Shown one piece after another: positions 46,451 through 56,359 of a DNA stretch of 64,000 nucleotides (position 1 is the stretch's first letter; each line of letters begins with the position of its first letter). Where the stretch lies: positions 1 to 64,000 of the forward strand of contig CAWDYC010000004.1 of NCBI GenBank assembly GCA_963806535.1, written 5' to 3'. The DNA comes from Candidatus Bathyarchaeota archaeon. Lineage in GTDB: Archaea > Thermoproteota > Bathyarchaeia > Bathyarchaeales > Bathycorpusculaceae. The position numbers were made by a program, and so were the translations under genes. The notes under the pieces are model-generated. The model was not told the DNA's origin, did no database searches, and saw nothing but the letters and a program-made list of their open reading frames with translations.

Positions 46451-49156
46451 ATGAAAATTGCTAAAAATAAAACTATAGTTATTACGATTGCTACATTCCT
46501 AATACTCTCAATGACAGCTTCAATGATACAAGTACCAAATGCTAATGCACATACACCTGCATGGCAGGTTCCAACATACGCCTACATAGCTGTTGCCCCT
46601 AACCCTATAGGGGTTGGTCAGACAGCGTGGATATATGTTTGGATTGACTTATCTTTTCCGAATGCACAACTAGCAAACAACTATAGATGGCATAACTACA
46701 AACTTACCATTACAACACCTAACGGTACAACTGAAACAAAGATATGGGATGTTGTCTCGGACACTACGTCAAATCAGGGTTATTCATACACTCCTACCGA
46801 AGTTGGAACGTACACCCTTAACTTTACTTTCCCAGGACAGGACTACAACACATACAGCCGTGACACCACCTTAGCATTGGTTAACGATACTTTTCTGCCC
46901 AGCACTGCGTCAACGACGCTCATTGTTAAGCAAGAGCCAATACCTGCTGCAATAACAAGCTATCCATTGCCGACTAACTACTGGAGTCGCCCAATATATG
47001 GTGAGAACACTGACTGGTGGTCAATTTCGTCAAACTGGCTAGGTAGTGGTTCACCAGGATCTGGTAGCATGATCGGACCAAATGCGCAGATGTCTCCAGG
47101 AGATGCCGTAGGCTCTGCCACTAATCATGTCATGTGGACATACCAGCTTCAAGAAGGAGGAGTCGTCGGAGGAAGCACTGTCGCTCAAGGAGCCAACTGG
47201 TTTGGTGGGACTGCCTACAATCCTAGATACCAGAATCCAATAATAATGAATGGATACCTATACTACACGAAGCCAGTAAACTGGGCGCCCAGCGCAGGAA
47301 CTGGAGGGCCAACTGTCTGTCAAGACCTATGCACAGGACAAATTATTTGGTCTCGAGATGATGTACCTCAGCTTTCATTCGGCTACATATATAACGTTTG
47401 GACCCCCAATTACCACGGCGTTTATGCAGGAATTTTATTCACTGCTGGATGGGCCCGCGCTTTTGATGCATACACTGGAGACCCACTGTTCAACGTAACT
47501 GGCGTTCCCACAGGCGCAACAGTACTCGGTCCACAAGGCGAACAATTGAAATACGTCATGGCGAACGCAGGTACCATTAATGATCCTGATTGGCGTTTGG
47601 GTCAATGGAACTCGTCCAAACTATTTTTCATCTCTGGATCCGCATCACCAGCAATTACAAACATGACTGGAACAACTGTTACAATCGGGTCAGTAGTCGG
47701 TTCAACTCTCACTGGAACCCTAATAGTCGACGCAAGCATTTCAAATTCGAGTTTATCTACATGCCGTTATGACTGGAACACTTCCATACCATGGCTCAAC
47801 ACAATGGGTGCCACCACAATTGGGTCAAGTCCCGGAGCAAATCCCGTTACAATACTTGCGGCTTTCTACGGAAATATGTTACTTTGCAGAAACGGCACAT
47901 ACCCCACTATATCTCCAAGTTCAGTACCCACAGCAACTTGGGCTCCGTACACATACTTCGCCGTTAACCTCAATGCATCTAGGGGTGCAATTGGTTCGAT
48001 ACTGTGGATGCAGACATATAACCCCCCACCAGGCAACCTTACTGTAATATTTGCCGGAGCAGATCTGAAGACTGGTGTCTTCGTTGAAAACTATAGAGAA
48101 GGTATGCAATATGTTGGATACAGTCTGTCAACAGGGCAGAAATTATGGGGTCCAACTGCGTCTCAAGCTGACTGGGACTATTATGGTAGCCCAGGACCTG
48201 GCTCTTTAGACAACCAAATTGCTTACGGGAGACTCTATAGCGATGGAATGGCAGGGATACTTTACTGTTACGATTTGACGAATGGAAACCTATTGTGGAC
48301 GTATGGTAATGGCGGAGAAGGCAACAGCACTTACAGCGGCTTTAACACAGTTTACGGTAATTATCCAACAATGATAACTGATGTAGGCAACGGGATAATA
48401 TACACGGTTACCTGTGAGCACACTATCACTGCCCCAATCTACAAGGGTGCATTGGCGCGTGCCATTAATGCAACTGATGGAACAGAAATCTGGTCTCTTT
48501 CAGATTTCACCGGTGCATTCTCTGCTTCCCCAGGCTACGCTATCGCAGATGGCTATTCAACATTCTTTAACGAATATGACAGTCAAGTGTACAGTCTTGG
48601 TAGAGGACCTAGTGCTACTACAGTTTCAGCGCCAGACATCGCTATATCATTCGGGGCATCCATAGTAATCAAAGGTACAGTCACTGACATTTCTGCTGGT
48701 ACAAAGCAGAGCCAGCAAGCAGCTGACTTTCCAAATGGTGTTCCAGTTGCATCTGATGATAGTATGAAAGATTGGATGGGTTATGTTTATCAGCAAAAAC
48801 CGCTGCCGACCAACGCAACCGGCGTTACGGTGTCCATTAGTGTATTGGACTCTAACAACAACTCTAGAACTATCGGCACTACAACAACTGATCTCAGCGG
48901 AGCTTACAGCTACCAATGGAAACCAGACATACCAGGGAAATACACGGTTTACGCTTCTTTCGCTGGAACTAATGGTTACTGGCCATCATCTTCAGAAACA
49001 AGCTTCGCAGTCGACACAGCAATCCCAACACAAATTCCGATAATAAATGCGTCATCCAACGACTCAATGTATTTCGTAGCTAGCACAGTTGCTATAATCG
49101 TTGCAATAGCTATAGTTGGTGCTCTAATACTGATATTAGTTAGGAAGCGACCGTAA
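46451..49156 (+). CDS. PQQ-like beta-propeller cell-surface protein, paralog 4
   Basis: ANA-HTPAW, PTYAYIAVAPNPIGVGQT, WMGYVYQQKP, TM plus RKRP. Confidence 0.88.
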   Translation: MKIAKNKTIVITIATFLILSMTASMIQVPNANAHTPAWQVPTYAYIAVAPNPIGVGQTAWIYVWIDLSFPNAQLANNYRWHNYKLTITTPNGTTETKIWDVVSDTTSNQGYSYTPTEVGTYTLNFTFPGQDYNTYSRDTTLALVNDTFLPSTASTTLIVKQEPIPAAITSYPLPTNYWSRPIYGENTDWWSISSNWLGSGSPGSGSMIGPNAQMSPGDAVGSATNHVMWTYQLQEGGVVGGSTVAQGANWFGGTAYNPRYQNPIIMNGYLYYTKPVNWAPSAGTGGPTVCQDLCTGQIIWSRDDVPQLSFGYIYNVWTPNYHGVYAGILFTAGWARAFDAYTGDPLFNVTGVPTGATVLGPQGEQLKYVMANAGTINDPDWRLGQWNSSKLFFISGSASPAITNMTGTTVTIGSVVGSTLTGTLIVDASISNSSLSTCRYDWNTSIPWLNTMGATTIGSSPGANPVTILAAFYGNMLLCRNGTYPTISPSSVPTATWAPYTYFAVNLNASRGAIGSILWMQTYNPPPGNLTVIFAGADLKTGVFVENYREGMQYVGYSLSTGQKLWGPTASQADWDYYGSPGPGSLDNQIAYGRLYSDGMAGILYCYDLTNGNLLWTYGNGGEGNSTYSGFNTVYGNYPTMITDVGNGIIYTVTCEHTITAPIYKGALARAINATDGTEIWSLSDFTGAFSASPGYAIADGYSTFFNEYDSQVYSLGRGPSATTVSAPDIAISFGASIVIKGTVTDISAGTKQSQQAADFPNGVPVASDDSMKDWMGYVYQQKPLPTNATGVTVSISVLDSNNNSRTIGTTTTDLSGAYSYQWKPDIPGKYTVYASFAGTNGYWPSSSETSFAVDTAIPTQIPIINASSNDSMYFVASTVAIIVAIAIVGALILILVRKRP

Positions 49157-49158
49157 AA

Positions 49159-51686
49159 ATGCCAAGCCTATCGGCGTTGGACAAACAGTAAACGTCAACT
49201 TCTTCCTAGCAGTACCGATACAATCCAGTGAAGGACCAACAAACATGACTGTCAAAATCACAAACCCAGACGGTAGCACTGAAACCAGAGGTCCATACAC
49301 AGGCGACGCAACAGGCGGGTCCCACTTTGACTTTGCTCCAGATAAAGTCGGCAATTGGACTTTCCAGTTCTTCTACGGGGGGCAAACAACAACAACCGGC
49401 GTCGGATTTACAGACCTTAAAGAGATGCCCAGCCAAAGTGAAGTCTATACACTCGTAGTGCAACAGGAACCGATAACTCAAAGTTCATACCCAATAGCAC
49501 CGCTACCCACAAAGTACTGGGAAACCCCAGTCTCAGCGCAAAACGTCCAAGAATGGTACAAGATCATGGGTCCTTGGCTTGGAACCGGATTAGTTGGGTC
49601 AGCAAAAACTGGGCTATACAATGAATCGAGCACTTACAATCCATACACTGATTCAGTACTTTCGGGGCACGTTCTCTGGACTAAACCTTGGTGCGCAGGC
49701 GGTGTGGTTGGTGGAGCCGCAGGCGGAACAGAAGACACAGGAAACTACTGGTCAACAAGGCAGTACATGCCTCAATATGCCCCCGTGATAATGAATGGCA
49801 GGATGTATTCTACGTGGTATGCAGAAACACAAGGGTACTCAGCTGGCATTGTTTGCACGGACCTCTATACAGGTGAAACACTGTTCACAATAAACACAAC
49901 TAGTGTGTTGCAATGCGGAATGGAAACCGAATGGAAGACAGCTAACATGTATGGCGTCGTTGGTCCATACCTTATTACTGTCGGCACTCTTTCAGCATCC
50001 GAAACTGGCGGGACTAAACCAGCCAATGTTGGAACACAATACAACATGTATTCTGCCTTTACTGGCAATTATGTCCTTAGCATTGTTAACGGTACTTCAC
50101 TGACGCTTAAGACGGATGATAATGGAAACTTGATAGGTTACTACATCAACAGTACTGTTGGCACAATGAACATCTATAATCAAGCAGGTCTCAAAGCGAC
50201 GGTAAACATCACTGCAAGCCAACCCTTCCTATGCTGTTTCAACATGTCGCAAGCACTCTGGCAAAGTGGCAGTAGTTTTCAATGGAGTCCATCCCAAAAT
50301 GCAGTTGTTAACTTCGGGTTGGGAGTTATGTGGGCGAAACCAGTACCTACCCAAATTAACGGCGTACCTATAAACAACCCCCCTCTCAACTTAGGTATAT
50401 CCCCATGGTGTGCGCTGACTGGCAATTCAGTGATATTGACTTCTGGAATCATTCACATGGCAAATCAACAGCCAGGCTATATAGTCTTGTGTGGCATGGA
50501 TCAAACTACCGGCGAAGTACTAATGTGCAAGAACTACACCTATCCAGAGTGTCAGTCATTACAACCCTTTACTAACGATCAATACATCGTCATAAATGGA
50601 CTCGTGGTCTTGGTTAACATGGAAAATTGGAAATGCGACGCTATCGACTTAAGCACCGGCAACATAGCATGGAAGACAACTCTCACAACTCCATACGGTG
50701 ACGGAACACCAAACGTATACTCAATACTTGGTGGCATAAACTTCATCGGACAAGCAAATGGCAGGCTGTTTATTGAGGGCTTTGGCGGAGACATGTGGGC
50801 TCTTAACGCAACGACCGGAAACCAACTGTGGTATACCAACACAACAACTCTCATTGGAGCTCCAAGCCTTGAATCACCATACGGCGTCTGGCCGTTGTGG
50901 CCTTGGTCTGGTACCCTGTGTTTCTCAAATGACGTCGCTTATTGTGCTGTAGGTCATGAGTATGATCCGCCGCTGTTCCATGGTGCACAACTTCTCGCGG
51001 TGAACCTAACTAGCGGAGAGCTAGTCTGGAACGAATTAGGCTTTTACGATGTTAGTCTTTCAATTGCTTATAACACTCTGCTGACGCTGAATTGTTACGA
51101 CAATCAGATATATGCCTTCGGCAAGGGACCAACCTCTACCACTGTTAATGCCCCCAGCGTTGGAGTGACAACCGCTACGCCGATAACGATTACGGGCACT
51201 GTGATGGATGTTTCCGCTGGTGTACAGCAGTCTCAGGTTGCAAAAGACTTCCCCAATGGGCTTCCATGTGTTTCTGACGCAAGCCAGAGCAAGTGGATGG
51301 AATATGTCTACCAAGACCAAGTAATGCCGAGCAATGCTACAGGCGTCACCGTTACACTAGGCGTTCTTGACTCTAACAATAACTTCCGACAAATCGGCAC
51401 GACAACATCCGATGCTAGTGGTAAATATGGTTTCACTTGGACTCCAGATATACCAGGCAATTATACACTCTATGCAAGCTTTGCAGGCTCCAACTCTTAT
51501 TATCCATCGTCAGCTGAAACATACATCTATGCCAGCACTCCAGCACCAACAGTATCTCCGTATCCTGTGCAATCGAATCCTTTGCCTTTAACTGAAATGT
51601 ACATTGCTGCAGCAGCAGTTGCGATGATAGTTGCAGTAGCTATAGTCGGCGCTCTACTACTTGTAGCAGTTAGGAAACGACCATAA
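49159..51686 (+). CDS. PQQ-like beta-propeller protein, paralog 5, lacking signal peptide and leader
   Basis: Homology begins at PIGVGQTVNVNFFL (49167), 10 nt after the paralog 4 stop; the rest is intact to TM plus RKRP. Confidence 0.8.
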
Positions 51687-51804
51687 ACACTTTAACAAAA
51701 CAAATTTCCTTTCCCTTTTTTTGGGACTAAAATAATATGAGTTTAAGATTGGGGGCTGAGTGGGCTTTGGATAATATTTATGTAGTCGCGGTTAAGAATG
51801 GTTT

Positions 51805-51987
51805 AGTTTTCATTTCCATTCTTTTCTCCTTCAGTTTGTCCAGAGCCTCAGCAAACCCCCTTAGAATTAATGGTGTGTGATATGGGGCTGACTAGGTTTT
51901 GGTTAAAATATGATCTCTATTCAATTTTGCGAAAAGCGCATTTGCGATTGCGTTCCTTTCCTTAGGTTTGTCCAGAACTTCAGCAAA
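51805..51987. repeat. Second boundary repeat, two copies (51805-51858, 51955-51987)
   Basis: Exact 32-bp match to 44537-44568 plus the variant TTCCTTAGGTTTGTCCAGAACTTCAGCAAA. Confidence 0.75.
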
Positions 51988-52032
51988 TAAATGAATAATC
52001 AAAAAATTGAGAAGATCACTTTTTTGACAAGA

Positions 52033-52090
52033 GTGGACCGGGGGGATTTGAACCTACTATCAAATGGAGACATTACCTGCCCTCTTTTTT
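52033..52090 (-). repeat. tRNA-Ala 3' fragment plus arm (att-like site)
   Basis: GTGGACCGGGGGGATTTGAACC then GGAGACATTACCTGCCCTCTTTTTT. Confidence 0.8.
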
Positions 52091-52258
52091 CTTTTGTTTC
52101 TCGATTTTAATGCTTAAGAGTTGATAACACCAAAGGAATATACCCGGAAACGCAAATAGCGATCACACCGAAGTGCAGAGTGAAGTCTCGTTGCGATATG
52201 AACAAAATTCTTGTTTTTAAGTTTGGATAGATCCAATCACCTAGTTTTTTATAATCTG

Positions 52259-54316
52259 CTAACGCGCTTCCCTTGCTCGAGGTGGGTACATGGTTATAAC
52301 TATATCTCTGCCAATTGTTCCTTCAGTTCCGGGGCCGGAATATTTTGACGCAGGATGAAAGAAAGTTACGAACGCGTCTAAACCATTGTACTCAATATTT
52401 GTTTTTACGCCGGAAGGTAGCATGTACTCAACTACCCCGCTTCTGAGTTCACTGTAGCCTTCGAGCAGTATGCAAGCAGGCGGCAGACTAAGTGATGAAA
52501 GAAGCGGGATAGGCTTAGTCCATCCAGCGAAAACAATGTTCCCTTGAACTCGTACCTGGAGCTCGTCTTTTTTGACGAGATGTACGTTTTTTTCGGCAGG
52601 AGTGCCTGCATTTTGTGTTTTCTCAAGCTCTACAGCTCTGGGATTGTCTGTAACGATAGCTGCTGGTACGTAAGCATAGCCTTTTGGCGTTTCAAGCCAC
52701 AAGTAAACCACTAGCCTGTTACCACCACCTTGCTGGGATTGCTCGTTGAAATGGTTGACCCAAATCATCATATCAGGCAGGTTAAAGCTGTCTGGCGGAT
52801 GGATAACGGCGTGTCCGCTGCTACCGTAGACTCTTGTTATGTCCTTGAGCCAGTTTTTGCCTGGGCATTTCTTGGCGTTGCCAATCGTGTTCAAAATGTC
52901 TTTTTCGGTGATTATACCCGGTTTCTCCACGACTTCATGGATCATTTTCTGGTATGCCCCATCTGGCTTGGACCAAACGTGTTCTTCTTCACGAAGAGGA
53001 GTGCTTGCACGTATAGGCGGTTTCAGGATAGAGTCCAGAGTGATGACTGAAGGAACGGATGCTTTTTTCCAAACTTCATTTAACATCTTTTTAGTCTTTT
53101 CCACGTATTCAAAATCATCAGTATAGAAATGCCGCGTTAAGGCGGATTTCTGATTGGGGGAAACTTGAGACTGGAAGAGGGTTTTTCCATCAACGATTAC
53201 AGTGTCAAAGTAGCTTGTAGACACATGCTTGACAGCACAGCATTTCATTAGTTCTTGAGCAGCAATCAAGTTTTCCTTGATTATGGGCGACATAATTTTA
53301 ACGGAGATTCCTCTTTCAATCTGTTCTCTCAGCAGGGAAATATGTTTCCAAGATTCAATGAGACCTTTTGAAGAGATCATCATCATGATTTCCTCTTGAG
53401 CTGACTTTAGAGCCTCATTGTAGGTCTCAAGGGCAGTGTGAGCGTCACTGATAACGCGTGTTGTCGGTGTTGGTTTACCAGTTTCAATCTCCGAAATTTT
53501 CATATTTATGTCTGTGGAGTCGATCCACAAATCCTCAAAGACAGCCGTAAACGCTTGTACCAGAGACTTACAGTTCGTCCAAAGGCATACGTCATCCTTT
53601 TCTGCCTTTTCCGTTCTTGGCGTGATGAAGAACAATATTTCTTCGTTATCTCTTGCAACCATTCTGGGAAAAAGGCTTAAACCTAAATCAGGGTTTCTTG
53701 CCTTCAGGTTGAAGTTGGTCTTAGATGTTCTCTTGAGAATTGTTTTCATGATATTCAGATTTTTTTCTGACAATTCGGTGAGAAAACGATACGTAATTTG
53801 TGACCTCAAAGGATGACTAAAGGCCACATCGAAAATGCCAAATTGATCAGCACGCATCATGCTTGGAACAGTGGTTGCTGTTAACAGTTGATGTTTAGTA
53901 TCTAGAATCATCTTAGATATTCTTGAGTAGATTCTTTTGTTTCCTTTGATTACAGCAAATTTTTCTAAAGAAGGTTCTAACTCTGTATTGTGTTTTTTCT
54001 TTAGGTAGTCAAGAAGTTCTTTCCTGCTTTTCTCTATCAGGGCAACTTCCTTTTGCCTAGCTCCAATAATAGAATCTAGAATGTTCTCGAAGGGAACTAC
54101 TGTGAAGTGTGTGGGAAACTCTACAGTTGACTCCGCAAAACCCTTGGCTTGAAGCCTATTTAGAATGCGAAAAACCTGCGCCTTATCTTTCCCAAGAAGT
54201 CTGGCGATTTCGTTAACTTTCATCGCATCGTGTTTGGCGAGGAAAATGTACACCTCTGCCTCTTTTTCGGTCAAGCCAGAATTAATGAGAACCTTTTTTA
54301 TTGTTTCCTCGCTCAA
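52259..54316 (-). CDS. Large TrmB family regulator with tandem effector domains
   Basis: GLTEKEAEVYIFLAK...EIARLL...VFRILNRLQAKGF HTH; two repeats ending FEDLW/LNEVW; extra C-terminal domain. Confidence 0.85.
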   Translation of the reverse strand: MSEETIKKVLINSGLTEKEAEVYIFLAKHDAMKVNEIARLLGKDKAQVFRILNRLQAKGFAESTVEFPTHFTVVPFENILDSIIGARQKEVALIEKSRKELLDYLKKKHNTELEPSLEKFAVIKGNKRIYSRISKMILDTKHQLLTATTVPSMMRADQFGIFDVAFSHPLRSQITYRFLTELSEKNLNIMKTILKRTSKTNFNLKARNPDLGLSLFPRMVARDNEEILFFITPRTEKAEKDDVCLWTNCKSLVQAFTAVFEDLWIDSTDINMKISEIETGKPTPTTRVISDAHTALETYNEALKSAQEEIMMMISSKGLIESWKHISLLREQIERGISVKIMSPIIKENLIAAQELMKCCAVKHVSTSYFDTVIVDGKTLFQSQVSPNQKSALTRHFYTDDFEYVEKTKKMLNEVWKKASVPSVITLDSILKPPIRASTPLREEEHVWSKPDGAYQKMIHEVVEKPGIITEKDILNTIGNAKKCPGKNWLKDITRVYGSSGHAVIHPPDSFNLPDMMIWVNHFNEQSQQGGGNRLVVYLWLETPKGYAYVPAAIVTDNPRAVELEKTQNAGTPAEKNVHLVKKDELQVRVQGNIVFAGWTKPIPLLSSLSLPPACILLEGYSELRSGVVEYMLPSGVKTNIEYNGLDAFVTFFHPASKYSGPGTEGTIGRDIVITMYPPRAREAR

Positions 54317-54446
54317 ACCAGCTGCTCCAATGGTTGTTGGTGATAGACTTTGTCACTCGTACAAGTTTAAGTGACCTCATGGGCTTAATTGTTTTTTGAT
54401 GGTTTGAACCGAATTTCGCATTAATCTGGTAGGGAGGTGAGAAAAA

Positions 54447-55037
54447 ATGAAAAAGAAGACTCTTTTGATCTGCATCATCGTATTAACGACTATACTCATG
54501 ACTTCATCGATGATATCATTGTCCCAAGCAGGTTTGCTCTTTAAACCCAAGCAAGAATATGTGATCTACGACTTTAGAGTAAGCATTAACCCAGCCGGTG
54601 TTGTCAATACTCTTACGGATACCAGCGCTTTCCCAGTCGTCGTCCAAGAAATCTACAGCACAGATGCAGCTATAGTATCGGCAAGCGTCACAATAAACGG
54701 GGTGGCATATACTTATCCTAAGGATTTCGACTACAGTTATACCGGCCATATGGAACTCAATTATGTTACGGGATATGGCTTGGATATAATTCAGGAGAAG
54801 CTTACCTTCAAAAACTTGCCTGGGCATCCAATTCTGAACGGGCGAGCAGAAGAGAAAGTTAGTGGCTTAATTCTCTCTCCCACTATGGACATCAGTCATT
54901 GGGAAGAGTTTGGCAATTTCCAACTGAGCGGTACTAAAATGTTCAGTATTGTACACGGCGACGGGGCTGCAATGGGTGGAGTTTCAACAGGTTATGTCGT
55001 ACGCCACTTCGGCCTAATTAGCGACTGGCCTCTCTAA
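54447..55037 (+). CDS. Secreted hypothetical protein
   Basis: RBS GGAGGTGA, signal peptide MKKK...SQA. Confidence 0.75.
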   Translation: MKKKTLLICIIVLTTILMTSSMISLSQAGLLFKPKQEYVIYDFRVSINPAGVVNTLTDTSAFPVVVQEIYSTDAAIVSASVTINGVAYTYPKDFDYSYTGHMELNYVTGYGLDIIQEKLTFKNLPGHPILNGRAEEKVSGLILSPTMDISHWEEFGNFQLSGTKMFSIVHGDGAAMGGVSTGYVVRHFGLISDWPL

Positions 55038-55106
55038 CAAACATAGAGCTTACAAATTTCGTTCCTCTTTTTTTCAGTTTCATCTTTCTAGAAGGGTGCG
55101 GTTCGA

Positions 55107-55460
55107 TTGAGTAAAGAAAAGATGCTCAAAACACTCGTAAGTTTAGGGTTCACAGAAACAGACGCCCAGGTCTACTTCTATCTCACAACCGAAGGTCTCC
55201 AAAAAGCTGCAGACATAACTGAAGCACTGAAACTTCACAAGCAGCAACTCTACAGAAGCCTGAAACGTCTGTTTAGGAAAGGCATAGTAAAGACTACTCT
55301 TGAGCGTCCTTCACGGTTTTCGGTTGCGTTATCGATCGAGAAAACTTTAGACTTGTTGATCGAAACCAAAAAGGAACAAACTTTGGAGTTGCAAGCAAGC
55401 CGCGAAGAACTCCTTTCTTCTTGGAGATCTATGATTGAGAAGCATTCTTCAGACAGCTGA
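55107..55460 (+). CDS. Stand-alone TrmB-type HTH protein
   Basis: LGFTETDAQVYFYL...LYRSLKRLFRKGIV. Confidence 0.75.
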   Translation: MSKEKMLKTLVSLGFTETDAQVYFYLTTEGLQKAADITEALKLHKQQLYRSLKRLFRKGIVKTTLERPSRFSVALSIEKTLDLLIETKKEQTLELQASREELLSSWRSMIEKHSSDS

Positions 55461-55602
55461 CATATCTGCATTTTTTGGTTGTAAACTATCTCAATTGCTC
55501 CAAGACGAGCAAACCATTGTCTGCAACAGCAACCCAGAGAGCATTAAGCCTCCAACAATGATCATTTTAGTCAAATAGAGCTGAATTGAGGTTGAAGTGA
55601 AG

Positions 55603-55676
55603 TGGACCGGGGGGGATTTGAACCCCCGACCTCTTGAGTGCAAGTCAAGCGTTCATACCAGCTGAACTACCGGCCC
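55603..55676 (-). tRNA. tRNA-Ala(TGC)
   Basis: GGGCCGG acceptor with G3-U70, anticodon stem CTTGA/TCAAG around loop CTTGCAC, T-arm GGGGG-TTCAAAT-CCCCC. Confidence 0.96.
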
Positions 55677-55780
55677 TTGCTTTTCCCAATTGATAAACTA
55701 ATCAATGATATTTAGCTTTTGTTCGCAGCAAACCCAGTCATAGAGTAATATCTTTTAAAAGTGCAGTTAAATCATTAATT

Positions 55781-56283
55781 ATGGAGGTTCAACCTTTGGA
55801 GTTAAAAACAGTCAAAATTGACCCGCCAAAAGATTGCAACATCATTATTGGCATGGCACATTTCATAAAAACCGCTGAAGACCTCTATGAGGCAATGGTT
55901 AATTCTGTGCCAAACATTAAATTCGGCTTAGGTTTCTGTGAAAGCTCAGGACCTTGTTTGGTTAGGCATGAAGGAAACGATGAAGAGCTACGGCGACTGG
56001 CGGCAGAGAAAGCATTTGAAATTGGTTGCGGTCACAGTTTTCTAGTTTATATCAAAAATGCCTATCCACTTAACGTGCTTGATAAAATCAAGAAGGTGCC
56101 TGAAGTATGCACAATTTACGCTGCCACAGCTAATCCGCTAGAAGTTTTAATTGCTGAAACCTGCTCAGGGAAGAGGCATTATTGGGGTTGTCGATGGGTT
56201 AAAAAGCAAAGGAATAGAAACTGAAGCAGACATTAAGGAGCGGCGTGAGTTTTCTGCGGAAAATAGGCTACAAACTGGGCTGA
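55781..56283 (+). CDS. Adenosine-specific kinase family (DUF355)
   Basis: [26 protein letters not shown]. Confidence 0.85.
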
Positions 56284-56359
56284 TCCAGTCAGGTAACCAT
56301 AAACTATTTTAGTTTACTTAAGAATCAAAACTTAGCAACTCGTGCAAATTGGTGTTTTA

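Noticed and set aside
16300-51686. Diversity-generating retroelement acting on the propeller genes
   Set aside because: No reverse transcriptase and no visible template/variable repeat pair with adenine-specific differences.
36449-55676. CRISPR array from the recurring 23-bp sequence
   Set aside because: Copies are kilobases apart, match tRNA-Ala, and there are no cas genes.
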